Below are positions 20,381 through 33,500 of a stretch of DNA of 64,000 nt, in pieces (the stretch's first letter is position 1; each line of letters begins with the position of its first letter). The notes beneath the pieces are model-generated. The model saw only the letters and a list, made by a program, of their open reading frames with translations, made no database searches and was not told the origin of the DNA. Position numbers and translations under genes: made by a program. Source of the stretch: Tubiluchus corallicola (lineage: Eukaryota > Animalia > Priapulida); NCBI GenBank assembly GCA_030141605.1, contig JAQGDQ010000135.1, forward strand, positions 310,001-374,000, given 5' to 3'.

Positions 20381-20856
20381 ATCCCGAAAAAGTGTTTCTA
20401 TAAAGTTCTGGGGGCGTTTTTTCTAAAAGTGGGCTACATAGCCAGACTTATCAATTTGACAATGCTGAATGTGAAGAAAACTGAAACCAGTTCGAAAAAT
20501 TAGCGGAAAGGGCTTAAAAACGCAGAAAATAAAATGGTCGCCAAGTTTTTGCACAACCAACGTAAATTAAAAGAAATTTCCAAAGAAATGACATTAAAAA
20601 GCTATTATGACACCTATTCCGAGATAGTTGCACCCGAGGAACCCATTTCTGTAATTTTGATTTAACAAATGACGACCGTTTTCAAAATGGCCGCCACTAG
20701 ACTAGAAGAAAATCACGAAAAGGTGCTTCTATAAAGTTCTAGGGCCATTTTTTAAAAGTAGGCAGTATAACCAGTCTTATCAATTTGATTATCCTGAATC
20801 CGCAAAAAAGCTATTGCTGGCTTGAAAACGTAACGGAAAATGGTCAAAAACGCATT
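20381..20856. repeat. Two diverged direct repeats about 330 bp apart, probably DNA transposon subrepeats
   Basis: CGAAAAxGTG.TTCTATAAAGTTCT...TTATCAATTTGA...AAAAACGCA at 20381-20524 and 20712-20854; AAAATGG(T/C)CGCCA motifs. Confidence 0.7.
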
Positions 20857-21230
20857 ATATGGTGTTACTTTTAAATAATTGCTGGTCAAGTTTTTAGCTT
20901 TGTTTTTCCAGGTCCTATAACTATGTTTGCTCTGTGTGGGAATTCTCTTGCAATTTTTACACGAATGTCAGTATTGTACCATGAAAAAAACTTGCTTAGA
21001 ATCCCCTGCATGGCCCGTTGTTCTTCTTGACAGCTTTTTGCGACACACTCGTAGTTCTCGTCGGGTTTCATACTTACTAGCAGTTTGGCTGATTAGATAG
21101 TGTGGAGAAGCTGGAAAAGTCCAGAAATCTTGTGATTAATTATTATTCTGTTGTGCAAGATCCTTGAAGTTGGCATTTAATTAATGAGCTGATGAGTGCA
21201 TTCCGTTGTGAATACTATTCTGTAGTAATC

Positions 21231-21301
21231 ACGCACGCACACACACCCACACACACCCACACACCCACACCCACACACCCACACAACCACCCACCACCCA
21301 C

Positions 21302-21326
<25 letters not shown>
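21231..21326. repeat. (CA)n/(CACC)n microsatellite
   Basis: Direct inspection. Confidence 0.9.
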
Positions 21327-21333
<7 letters not shown>

Positions 21334-23739
21334 TCATACATTAAAAGTGTGTGCTGATTTAAGTTAGTACATTTTCTAAAAATTTGTGTAGATAAATGTT
21401 AGATAAATGTAGCTAATTTTATTTTTATAGGAAGGAGAAAATCACTATAAATATAACGTGCCAGTGATATTAAATTTTAAATGCATAATTAACATCAGGT
21501 TTGATTGTAGTAGCGGTTAATATCTTAGCCCTACAAATAGAAGGCAGCACTTGCATTTATTGTATTATAATCTATATTTGCGCTCAAATAAAAGAGTTAT
21601 AGTAATAATTTTGCTGTAATTGTTTAACTCAATGAACTACTTTATGTACTAACATGTACATTATCTTGCTAGAAATAGATTGTCTATAAATTTTGTTCTA
21701 TTTCGTTCGTTCCATTTGTACTAGAACTTGTCTATTTCGAAATATAGTTTGTTGACATTCCGTTATATAAAGGTGTTAAATGCAGTTGAACTGTTGTTGA
21801 ACTTTTACATATTCACAGCTAAATTTCAGTAAATTAAAAGGAAATGAAATAAAGGGTGTTGTATCTAATGTTGCGAAACTCTAAATTAGCTAAATTGAAT
21901 TCGTGGAAACATGCTGGAAACTTTTATTGCCAATTCAGAATTAATGGAAAATTTTGCACTAGCGCGAATGCAGTTATTAGCATGTAAAATCAAATCAAGC
22001 ACGCTACGTGATATTCGCACTCGTAAGGTGGGTTTTGTTTATGTTCGTAAATTCTTGTTGTTCTGTGGTAAAAGGTTGTTTTGCTGCTGTGATAAAAGCT
22101 ACTTATTATAATCTCAGTAGAAAATTGCTGCATGACGAATATTTGAACAGCTCAAAAAGGTTCGAGATCTCACGTGAAAACAATAAGAAATCTTCGATGA
22201 ATATTAATCATCTCTCGTGGTATTTTTAGTAAATGCTTCCTGTTTCTGCTGCGTTTGGTCTCTACATTGTAGTTGGATTCGTAGTTATTTGAAGCTCCCT
22301 GTTTTTTGCATGTCAACTTTTCGACATAAACTATTTCGTCACCGCCACCGCCACCGCCATCGCCGTCACCACCACCACCATCACACTTATCATTATCACA
22401 ATTTGTTAACCATTTTTCCAATGTGTTTATTCTTATTTAAAAAACTAACATGTAAACATTAGCTTCAAGTTAATAATTGTGGAGTGGAGCAGTGAGTCGG
22501 ACCGCTGTAGTAATACGGCGGCAAATATATTATGGTTGTGTTTTGTTTTACAGCAGTAAAAACAGTTGTAGGCGCATATACGTGTGCGTGCATGAGTGGG
22601 TAAGTGCATGGGTCTACTATTTTTAGTTAAACGTACTAAACAAACCGATTAAATTTGCAAAAAAGAAATGTCAGTCCTTTATAGAGTAGCAAACGCTCTC
22701 GTAAACTGTTACTATAGCATCAAGTTCAGATAAAAATGTGTTCCAGATATTCACCCCCTATTTGCAAAATTATTTAAAAATATCTAATTTAAAGAAATGT
22801 CTGTAAAATAAAGTCTACCCTTCTGAGACCTTTACTTCGCGCATATTTGACAAAGTCTAAATCAGCTAGGCAGTGGCATGTTTTGTGAGTCATCTTTAAA
22901 TCAAAAGTTGTACGTGAAAGTTTTATTGACTGCAAAAGTCAAACTATAATTTAAGGCATTTTGGCGTGTAAGGTAGATGAACTTGGTGAATAAATTTTTC
23001 GAGTAAAATATTATTGCGTGCATTCCAGCGAACCAGTGACTATTCTACGGCAAGCGTTCTACACCCACAGCTTCATAGTAGGAAGCTGCATTAGCATATT
23101 GAACGAAGACAGATTTTGACTAACCCCTTAATGTTAGTAATGGGTATGAGAAGCCCAGGAATGCTTATATACTTGTATAAAACAGAATGCATGCCGTGTT
23201 TTGACAATTCCAACCTGGCCTTTCTGTCTGTAAAGATGAATAATAATATGTGAAGATGAAAGATGAAACAACAATAGTCATTATTTAATTCAGTTGTGTT
23301 TAATTGTAGTCATGTGGAAATCATTATTAGGCTGCTCCTCCTCGCCTCGGCCTTGGCCTCCACCCCCGGATGGCAAGGCGCCACCAGCAGTTCATTATTT
23401 TCACTGCTTCAGGTACAGTCTAAGTGAAATAAAAAACAAATAAAATAAAAATAAAACCTTGTTTCAGCGTTACAGCAAAAGGGATGGGCATCCTTGGAGT
23501 CTTAGAGTCTGTCTTGTACAAAACTTTAAATGTTTGATTTTGAAGATGACTTAATTATGATTAGTAATTAATATGCCAGACCTAATTATTCCGTGTAATT
23601 GTGTGTTCTGTATTTTATTATTCTATATTACGTATAATATGCAGTGCATTAATACGCAATACAATATACGGCATTTCTTATTCATTTTGTATAAATAAAT
23701 GAATTATTATGTGTGATTGTTTAATTTAATTAAAGTGGA

Positions 23740-24515
23740 ATAAAAGGGAATTTTAAAGTATATCCAAAAAAACTTTCCATAAGAAGTTGTATCGCTTAGC
23801 ATTACGCTTACCTGTTTGAAAGACTTATGTAACTGGAAAAAATCGCATCGTCATCATCATCATCAAAGTCTCATTCTATGTGTTGTAGACATTGATGCAT
23901 TACCATTTATTAGAGCATGTCTTATTCCCACTCCTATTTGCAGCTAACAGCACAATTTCTTCTGCTCCTAAAATTAGATTTGATTGAAGTTGTTGAACAC
24001 CTTCATTTATCTTAGCTACCCAAGTTGTTTTTGGCTTGCCAGGTGGTTTTTAGCAAAGTTTGGAGACTTTTTGTAAGGCGATTCATTCTGGTGTTTCACT
24101 CGGTAATGCGACTAGGCGCCCTAACCATCTTAATCTTCGAAACTTGACTCTTGAACTTTAGTAAGAAATTTTTGAAGCAGTACAATTTAAAATATTCGCC
24201 CCAGCTGGTGGAACGGCACTGCATCGCCAGCCTAGTGTACACCACTGATTCACCAAAAACATATTATTGAAACTTATAGAGTAATTTCACAAACTTTACA
24301 CAGCGTAATCTAAACTTTTGTGAAAATACTTACTGTTAAAATGGCTTCGCCTAACAGTAATCGCCGGAGTTTAAACTTACAAGCTTTATATAACGCTACT
24401 AACAACGCAATTCTTGCTCGCAATAAGACAGCATGTCAGTGGTATAAAATTTCAAGACGATTTTTTAAAGCTTTATTTATGAAGAGTGTGTCTTTGAGCC
24501 TTAATACTGATTTCA
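23740..24515 (+). mobile_element. Unclassified interspersed repeat family X, copy A (interrupted by an RTE fragment)
   Basis: Homologous to the reverse complement of 25235-25760 and to 61310-61780. Confidence 0.7.
23845..24155 (-). mobile_element. RTE-type LINE 3' fragment with (GAT)n tail
   Basis: Translates SRVKFRRLRWLGRLVALPSETPE*...KPPGKPKTTW, typical of an RTE ORF2 C-terminus; ends in a GAT repeat. Confidence 0.7.
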
Positions 24516-25234
24516 AACTAGGCTTTCCTGATAAAAATCCTGCAGTAGAAACCTCCTTGAACAGGTTTTTTTGTGAAAAATCTTCCATTTGGGGTTTTCC
24601 ACATAAAGCTTTTTTCAAAGAAAACCCTTTAGAGAGTTTTTCTAGATGTAGGGTTTTCTATTAAACTTCTAAGGAGTTTCTATTAGGGCACCAGGAAAAC
24701 CTCTTTTAAACCCTCAGGAAACCCCTTATTTTTTTACAGTAAATGTTGGTACCACACTATAAACCTTGTTTCATCGATGTTGTTGTTGCTATAAGACTTC
24801 TCGTGTCAGATTAGGCGGTAAATTTGTTAATTAAACATTACACACGTCTCTGCACAACTATTTCCATTGGGTTTCTCGTGTCAAATTAGGCGACGAATCT
24901 GTTAATTAATCATTACACTCGTCTCTGCAGCACTAGTTGTTCCACGGGGTTTCCTGTGTTGCTTCCTCTGCCTCTCACATGGGCAGGATCATCTTTGTCT
25001 GGCTGGTTTAATTGGGGTCGTGACTACTCGAACGTACGCTTGTGCTTGATTAATGTAACTATCTTCATTTCTCAAATTTTATCCTTACTCGTAAACAACT
25101 TAAAAATCTAAGTAAGTAAGCAAGTAAGTAAGTAGAAAAACAATAAAATTTATTTCATAATATAAATCACATGTATTAGGCTAAATAACAGCGCCGGATT
25201 GCTGAAGTTTACAGATCATGATATTATGACATAT

Positions 25235-25760
25235 AACTATAACGTTAAAGCACAAAAACACCCTTTATGAATAAAGCTTAAATATTCGACTTGAAATTTT
25301 TTATCACTTAACATGCTGTCTTATTGCACACAGAGTTTGCAATAACAGATAACTCGCGGGAGTTTAAATTTACAAGTTTTATACAGCGTTACTGTATAAA
25401 ACTTGTAAATTTAAGCACTTGCGATAATCGTTTTGACGGTAAGTTGTTTGAAACGAGGTGTTTATAACTTTACGCAAAGTTTGAAAAAATAATCAGAGCA
25501 TTCGTAGCACACACTTCACTAACTAAGCAAAAGTATAAATTCCTTTATCCTGTCAACAAATCAGTAATGTTTTTTGGTGAATCAGTGGTGCACACTGGGA
25601 TGGCGATGCATTGATGTTTTCCCAAGTGGCACGAATATTTTAAATTATTATTATTTTTTCTAATTACTTAAGTCTTTCAAACAACTAAGAGCACTGTTAA
25701 GTAAGATAACTTTGTATAGAAACATTTTGGTGAAACATACTTGAAATTCCCTTTTATAAA
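25235..25760 (-). mobile_element. Interspersed repeat family X, copy B (inverted relative to copy A)
   Basis: Reverse complement matches 23740-24515 (e.g. GCATCGCCA...CACCACTGATTCACCAAAAA, GCAATAAGACAGCATGT). Confidence 0.7.
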
Positions 25761-26685
25761 ATAATCCGATATGACATTATACATTATACAGTAGCAGTTT
25801 ATAAAAATTAAATTGAAGTAAAAAAACAAAAACAAAATCGAAAATGTCATTGAAACTAAATGAGAATTCGACAGGTTAATGTATAGCTTAAATATTAAAA
25901 TTGCTTATTATTTTATATTTATCATCAGTTTAACAGTTTGATGGTAGCTGATATTATCTGATAGTATGAGATGCCCTAAGTATTTTTCTTCCTTACAAAA
26001 TTTTATGTAACTTTGATTCAGCTTGACTTTACCAAGTTCAAAACTGCTAGATCAAGTACTTTTAATAGAAACATTTTTTGTCTTTATCAAATTCAATATA
26101 ATGTTCATGTGCATAGTCTGATCACAATAAGACGTTGGCGATAGCGCTGATTGCTGGCGTCTTTGTCTTTGCTGTGTAGAGGGAGTCAAAAAGGATCAGA
26201 AGAACAAATTAGACATTAGATATCCCACAATGCTTAGAAATCCATTAGTAAAAATACCTATTTTGATTATATAAATTAAATAGTTGTGCATTGTTCTTCT
26301 AACAATGATTTCATGAATAGGCGCTATTTGCAGAGTTGTACACAAAGTTCTTCAAAAATTTCGTGGCGTCAATTAAATATAACTTCTCGCTGATACGAAT
26401 TCAATTCTCTATGAGTTTGTCAGTAATGATCAAAAGTAAGGCGTAACGAGCTATAGGCTGTGTAATAAGCAGTCTAATGAAAGTGGGGAGTGTTTCTTAC
26501 AATTCTTTGTCATCAAAAATAGCCTTCAATTATATCGAACATAGTAACAGGAGAGAAATTATTGGCTATAGACGAATTAAATTTCTTAGTGAAATGGCGA
26601 AGCCCATTAGTGTTCAGTAAATTGTCTCATTACATTGCACCTGTTAAAGAAGTTTACACTGAAGAATTCAGTTTTTACTGTTACA

Positions 26686-27014
26686 GGGGTCTCAGACACA
26701 GGCTATTTCGACATAAAAGATTTTGGACACATGGGTTATTTGGACGCAGGCAATTTGGATACATAGGTAATTTGGAAGCATGGTAATTTGTACACATGTT
26801 ATTTGAGCACATAAGTAGTTCGGACACATGGGGGATTTCCTTGCCTAAAGGTGAATGTCTTTGACTCAGTGTCCAAATATCCTTGGGTCCAAAACACCTA
26901 CAGTGTCCAAATGGCCTATATGTGTACCCAAATCGCCTTGTGTCCAAATGGACAATGTGTGCAAAAAACCTTGCGTCCAAAAGACATTGTGGCCAAAGGA
27001 ATACGGTTGTCCCC
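26686..27014. mobile_element. Foldback/Mutator-like MITE built from about 15-bp subrepeats
   Basis: Left half has tandem TTTGGACAC units; right half has tandem GTGTCCAAA units (inverted). Confidence 0.65.
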
Positions 27015-27480
27015 ATTGCTTTAATCAAGCAAGTCTGAATGAGACAACAGTTGAGCAGGGAAAAATATTTCTTCTGCCAAGCAATTATGCATACATATAA
27101 AACCAAACTGTCTTAGCTACATTTAAAATATCTCATGCAGTGGGACGTAAGTGCAGATGTTGAGAAGCTTTCCTGGTGCGTAATGTTTCAGGAGGCAAAA
27201 CCTTTCCAAAACTTTAACGGAAGAAACCAGAGTTTCATTGTCACCATAATTTACTTAATCATCATAGAGTCTGCCAACAGCATCGTCGTCATCCTCCTCC
27301 TCCTCCTCCTCAACATCAACGTCATCATCGTTGTAACCATGACCACAGTAGTTTAACAACATTAAGAAAGAATAACATTACGATGATAATTATAGTTTTA
27401 ATGATCGATTAGCCTATGAACTTTATTGGGCGTTGAACAACGAGATATTAATACCCATACGATATGCGAATGAAGATGAC

Positions 27481-27600
<120 letters not shown>

Positions 27601-28329
27601 TATATATATATAGTGTAAGGATATATATATATCCTTAAACATCATTTGACTATTGCCTGGATGTTATAAGCACTCGATCTTACAAATCAAAAATATATTA
27701 TATCATATTATATTTATTTCGGTTTCACGGAGAAGCCTTACAAAATTTTCCTACAGCAAACGAGAAAATGTTTGCTGCAAACCTCTGGAAATAATTAGTG
27801 ATATGTGCTGCGTGTTGAAGTAGCTGAAGGCTAAGCCGTTGCAGCATATTCGGCTTACAAGGTCGCAAACGAACAAAGGAGTATAACGTCGAAAATACAG
27901 GAAAGGATTTGGGCGCAGTACGTTGATAGCAAGTCAGACTGCAACTTCTTTTTGTAGTAATTCTGAAAATTTTTGACCAAAATGAATTGCTGATTGTTTT
28001 TATTTGCGTTTAATTCGCGTTTATTACTTACTATGGTGGTTTCATCCATGTACAATCCCAAGCTATAAAATGTGATGGATTATCTTTTATTCGTGCAGTT
28101 GCACACTTATTATTTATTTACTTATTTATTTATTTATATTTGAGCAATAAGTACATGGATACAAAGCACAAAAAACCAACAATACAAACCACTGCATAAT
28201 GTAAAATCCATGGCATGACTTATATGGCCCTCGTTATTGGCAAAATAAAAATGAAAGGTTACAATACAACTAAATATTAAGATAGCTATGAATTAGAATA
28301 TTTACAGAGATTTGAGTTTGTAAAGTTCA

Positions 28330-28620
28330 ATATCCAGCCTAGTTGTCGGGATGCAGCTCTCAGATCCTGAGCCTGCTTAATGTAGATGGTTGTGGCGGGA
28401 CAGGACTCTGGGTAATTATCAAAGATAGCATTCTAACATGAAACACTGAACTGTTAGAGGTACACGGAAACGCAGTAGTTAACTATAGGGCGGAGAGTAA
28501 AACAGATGAAATCACACAGATGTTGTTTTCCTGCATGGCCTGGCCATCCATCTACTTAGTCACCAGGCACGGCGTTGCATAACACCGATCACTAAGCACT
28601 CACTGGGACCATTCGGTTAT
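28330..28620 (-). mobile_element. SINE with a 5S rRNA-derived segment, copy 2
   Basis: Minus strand GATCGGTGTTATGCAACGCCGTGCCTGGTGACTAAGTAGATGGATGGCC; body homologous to 11025-11310. Confidence 0.55.
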
Positions 28621-29399
28621 TCCCATTGCCACTAGTTTTGACTAAGTTTTTAGGCCTCCGCGTCTTTTTCTTGTATGCATGTTATACGAACCATGTAAAT
28701 GCTTCTTATAATCCCTAGGTGACAGGTCGCTTTTAATGTAGATTTTTTATTATTATTTATAGTATTTCTATAATTTGCCATTAATTGTTAAAGACAAATT
28801 AAACCTTCACTTTTACAACTTGAAATCCTACGCTCATTTTATTTTATTATACACTTACTGTAAAACTTCAGAACTACACAAATATCAGAAAAACTAGATA
28901 TTAAAAGGCTAAATTAATTTCTAAGCAGAAGCCAACTGCGACGAGCGTTTTGAACAAAAATTGAATTGAAATAAACTCTAGTCCGTCGATATTCAACTGA
29001 AATTTCAATGTTTTCGTTGCTTAGTAAAATGATAAATTAACATCATGTGAACCAAAGGTCACTCGAGTGTTTCTTCTAATGACAACTTTCTTCTAAAATG
29101 GAAGGTAAAGCATATTTGTTTCAACATAGTTCTTCGCAGAAATTTTTCTTATAAGGTAAATGTGTCATTGCCGAGGAGGAGAAGAAGAAGAAAAGTGGAA
29201 GCAGCAGAAGAAGTAGTAATAGAATAGGAAGAAAAGAAGAAGCATAGGAAGAAAAAGACGTAGTAGTAGAAGAAACAGAAGAAGAAGGAGCTGGGAGCAG
29301 AAACATAATAACAAGAAGCAGAAGATGTAGCAGTATTAATAGAAAAAAAAGAAGAAAAAGAAGAAAAGGAGGAAGAAAGGCCGCATCAAACGGGTCTGA

Positions 29400-29570
29400 T
29401 GTAGGGATAGATGGTTATGGTATCTATTTTCGTAATCTCGGCACCAAAACCTGGAGGATAGGTGGCTAAGCCATCATCTTTCTTCCCCCAGTACATAACC
29501 AATCAAGGCTAAGAAGTCTGGGAATGCGGCCAGAATGTTCTAACCAGGTGGTAAGTAGGGTTCAAGCCTA
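29400..29570 (-). mobile_element. Old SINE fragment (Nin/Deu-domain-like)
   Basis: Minus strand GGCTTAGCCACCTATCCTCC...GGTGCCGAGATTACGAAAAT...CCATAACCATCTATCCC resembles a conserved invertebrate SINE central domain, from memory only. Confidence 0.35.
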
Positions 29571-29853
29571 AAGAGATCACTTGGCTGCTCACTTGCCTAA
29601 GCGTTAATTTCTAAATTGACGTGAAAATTACCTAGACAGGTTTAGCTTATTGTCTACACGATAGAACAAATCACCTTATGTTGTTTAAAGAAGCCGTAAG
29701 CGATGTGCCGATTTCTAATTTGCGCATGTCAAACGTGCACTCGAGCAGGTGAGACAGAGACGCCCAATAAGTGCCTTGCGCCTACTCTTACGCGTGCAAA
29801 TGCTCAAAAGTGTTGTTTTAACATGTGTGCTGTTTGTCACAGCTAAGACGACA

Positions 29854-30526
29854 ATGAAAACGACTTTAACTGTAATAGTAGTAATTTTTTGCAACCTGCT
29901 ACTGCAAACAATCGAAGGAGAAGACGTCACCGTGCTCAAGGTGGGAGTTTTACTGCACACAGGTACGGGTGCACCTTATGACTTGGTCAGAGCAGGTCCA
30001 GCCATTGACATTGCCATAGAAAAAGTTAATTCGCAGATTCTTAATGCTAGCTACAAGCTGGAGAAAATTCAACGTGCCTATCATAATTCCTGCTCGCCAG
30101 TTTTTGCACCTGGTCAAGCTTGTAATCTTTACATGAACGAAGACGTTATTGCGTTTTTTGGACCGGCGTGCGCCACGGCGTTGGAACCGGTTACCCGGTT
30201 GGCTACGTTCTGGAACGTCGCCATTATAACTGGTCTCGGAGATCAGGGAATTTTTATCGACAAAGATATGTTTCCCATCTTAACGAGACTGTCGTACTGT
30301 CAGTGCAGACTTCGTCAAGTGTTCCAAAGTGTTTTCATGGCTTTTGAATGGAGACACATCGCAATTATTTATGACAGATATGACTTGTTTTCCTACACTG
30401 TTGGAAGATCTTTGGATTTGGGTCTCAGAGAACATGGGTACATGCCTTATGTAATCGAGTTTGAATCCAATCGTCTAAACTATAACTACACTGCTTTCTT
30501 ACTAGAAGCCAGCGAAAGAGCTAGAA
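29854..30526 (+). CDS. Receptor GC exon 1 (signal peptide and N-terminal ECD)
   Basis: [22 protein letters not shown]...[10 protein letters not shown]|gtaagt; alternative in-frame ATG at 29800. Confidence 0.9.
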
Positions 30527-33500
30527 GTAAGTTTGGCTGACATATTTAAAAAACAGTATGCTTTAGTCTTTTTGCTCCTAAAATTTGCTCGTGCGTCTGT
30601 ACAGTAGTACGTACTGACTATATGAGTAAATACTTAAAGTTGTGCGCACAATTGATACTAATTATGAAGAAATCGGTAAGGCGACTAAAACTAATCGATA
30701 GCATCATTTAGTCAAGGTTTGTCAAAACTACTAAGCTAAATAGAAAGCGTTATACAAATGAATAAAATGTAAATAAACAAATAAATAAATAAACAAACAA
30801 ATAAATAAATTAAATTAATTAATAGCTAACATTGTATGATTACGTTAAGTACATTTTAAAAGATACAGAATTTTTTCTGTAAATCCGCCTAAATTCTAAC
30901 GAAAAATGGTGAATCAATGCTATACTTTTGCAATAAAAGCTCAGAACAACAAACGAATACTTTAAAAAAATACGAGAAGCATACACTACAACTTGTTTAA
31001 CACATTAAGAAGTTTGAAAATAAGATAGTCATCTCTTGAGACTTGTCATGGTCATAATCGTAAAGAAGTCAAAGTGCACATTAAGTCTAAAAAAATATTT
31101 TTCACAAAAGTTTTCGCCCTGCGCTGACTTCATCAGCTAAAATCTGCTTGCACAGCCTAGATCTTGAAGAGAAGCTTTCGTCCTTGTGGACTTCATCAGC
31201 TGAAATCTACTTATGAGGCCTAGATCTAGAGCTTTCGTCCTAGATCTACACTATACAAGTAGATTTCAATTGATGAAGTTCGCGAAGGACAAAAGCTTCT
31301 GTGAAATTTTTTTTGAAAATGAAGAATAGAAGTTATTCACCTAACCCTGTCAACACAGGCCTGGGCTAAATCCTGCGAGAGGATTCGAAATAGAATTCAA
31401 TTCAACTGTTCAATTCGATTCAAATCGGGCAACGACTGTGGCGTATTCAACAGGAGCATACAACGTGGTTTGATAATCACAAAGTCAGAGCGCTACCAAA
31501 ACAAAAAATTACTTGGTCAAAAAGCTGTGACACATTTTTTGTTGTTGGTTGTTCTGGCACGCAAAATTTTAATGTTAAAAATAAAACAACTTTAACAGAC
31601 TTACTTTAATTCATACATCCTGTAAAATAATATCATTTGCGAAGGTCAGTCTTCTCATGGTAGTAGAGTAATAACTGGCTCAATTACATTAGCTATCTGC
31701 ATAAATTTAATTATAGCTTTTCCCTAAACTGTGTCAAATTACTTTATTTACTTCTATTACATAATATCATATTACATTACTAGCGACCAATGTGGGCTTG
31801 TGAGTAGACTAATACATGTAATAGGATTATAGCCGAGCTTATTTTTAAGGCTTATGCACAACGCATTGATGGAATTTCAACGCACCTTTAAGATTGTTCT
31901 AGCGCGCTTGCGAGAATTAAGATTTTTACAGAAAATGATTTATAAGCATTTGTTGCCACCTGTATGGTATTCTTCACTCCTCAAGGAAAGTGTTAATGGA
32001 ATTTCTACAAACAAGACGGAAGTAAGGTATGAAGGTGTTCGGAAGCTTCTTAATCCTACTTGCAAGTTTCACAAATCTGCTCAAGTACACGTGTATATAT
32101 CGTATTGCTGGCTACTTATGTACTGCATTATTAAGAAAGCGTTTTACATGTGCCGAGTAAAGAATGTTTTAGAAATTATAGATTTGCTGTATATCCCGCT
32201 GATTTTTTAAATCATTGATTAATTGCCATTTGCAAACTATGTACAATAATTTTTTAACATTTATGTGCTATATAATTTAGCGTTATTATTATTATTATTA
32301 TTATTATTACCACGTTATTCGCATGATATGTGTACAAGTATATTTAAGGTGGACTAACAGCTTAAATCAATTGTTAAACTAAACCTCGCTACTAACCTTT
32401 CCTAAAGATCATTTTTATCATTGACGTGACCATAAGTATCTTTAAATTACACAGTATACGCAGTTTACTTTTATTATTATGTAAGCAGTTGTAATGAGAT
32501 TCAGCAAAATTATAGTTCGTCTATTTAGTCACTCTTTGTCATCATGATGGTCCACACTCCCAAAACGTTTACTGGTTCATTTTCGCTATAATTTTGTCTG
32601 AAATGATGGGATTGTTTTTATAACGGTCGCATCGCTAAGGGATTTGATGGTCGATGATGATATGACTCTGTGGTGCCATCAAGACGTAGACAAATGACAC
32701 AATCAAGCCTGCACGCCATTGAGTTAACATGACCAACTGCTTCTGTTGGAGGGTGAAGGTACAAATTGGCATTAAGCAAAGGCTCATACAAAACATGCAC
32801 TTTTCAAAGAAACTCAGTACTGGCTTGCTCCAGGCTTAGTTCCGAATTTTCACAGCAGAGCGAGAAATAGGTAGTGGGGTTATGTGTCATAGGTCATAAG
32901 TCACTTGGGTCACTAGTTTAAATTGGGAGCAGTGTAGGACTTAAGTGACTCTGACACGAGGCAGATTCGAGCGCTGGTAGATCAGGGCTTATCAAATTTG
33001 CTTTTTTAGAAGTGTAGATGATATTGCTAATTAAGGTGGCCCCACTCAAGAAATGATGGATGAATATGAGGTTACTCCGTCTTGACGTGACGGGGCTAGT
33101 TGGTCTGGGTTGCAAAATCACAGTGTTACCTGAATGGTGGAAGGAGTTTGAGATGTATTTCCAGATCTATTTAGTAATATTTTCGCGTGTCATCCTAAGT
33201 ACGAATTGTTAACATATAGTAGAATTTAGTATTTACTTGATAAATTTAAAAAGGTAGACTAGAAACACTTTATCACTTCTCACAAGTTTTTGTAAAGGAA
33301 GTCCAAAAAAGACATTTTTATGCTTGGTATTGTCAGCAGAATGAAAAAGAACTAGATATTAGTATGATTATATGTCTTCTTTGTATAGGATATTAGTTTG
33401 ATTTTACTGTTCATAAACTGTTTGTCAGTTAAGGTTTCGATTGATAAACGTAATCGAAGTATCAGGAAAACAGGACTCAACAGGAATAAACTTATGAATA

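Noticed and set aside
20886-21071. Short ORF next to the 330-bp direct repeats as a transposase
   Set aside because: No recognisable DDE or other motif; cannot be supported.
22170-22462. His-rich and Gly-rich ORFs
   Set aside because: Derived from a short degenerate trinucleotide repeat; no domain or splice support.
26686-27014. Possible CRISPR-like repeat-spacer array
   Set aside because: Units are about 15 bp, degenerate, mirror-oriented and lack unique 30-40 bp spacers; the context is eukaryotic with no cas genes.
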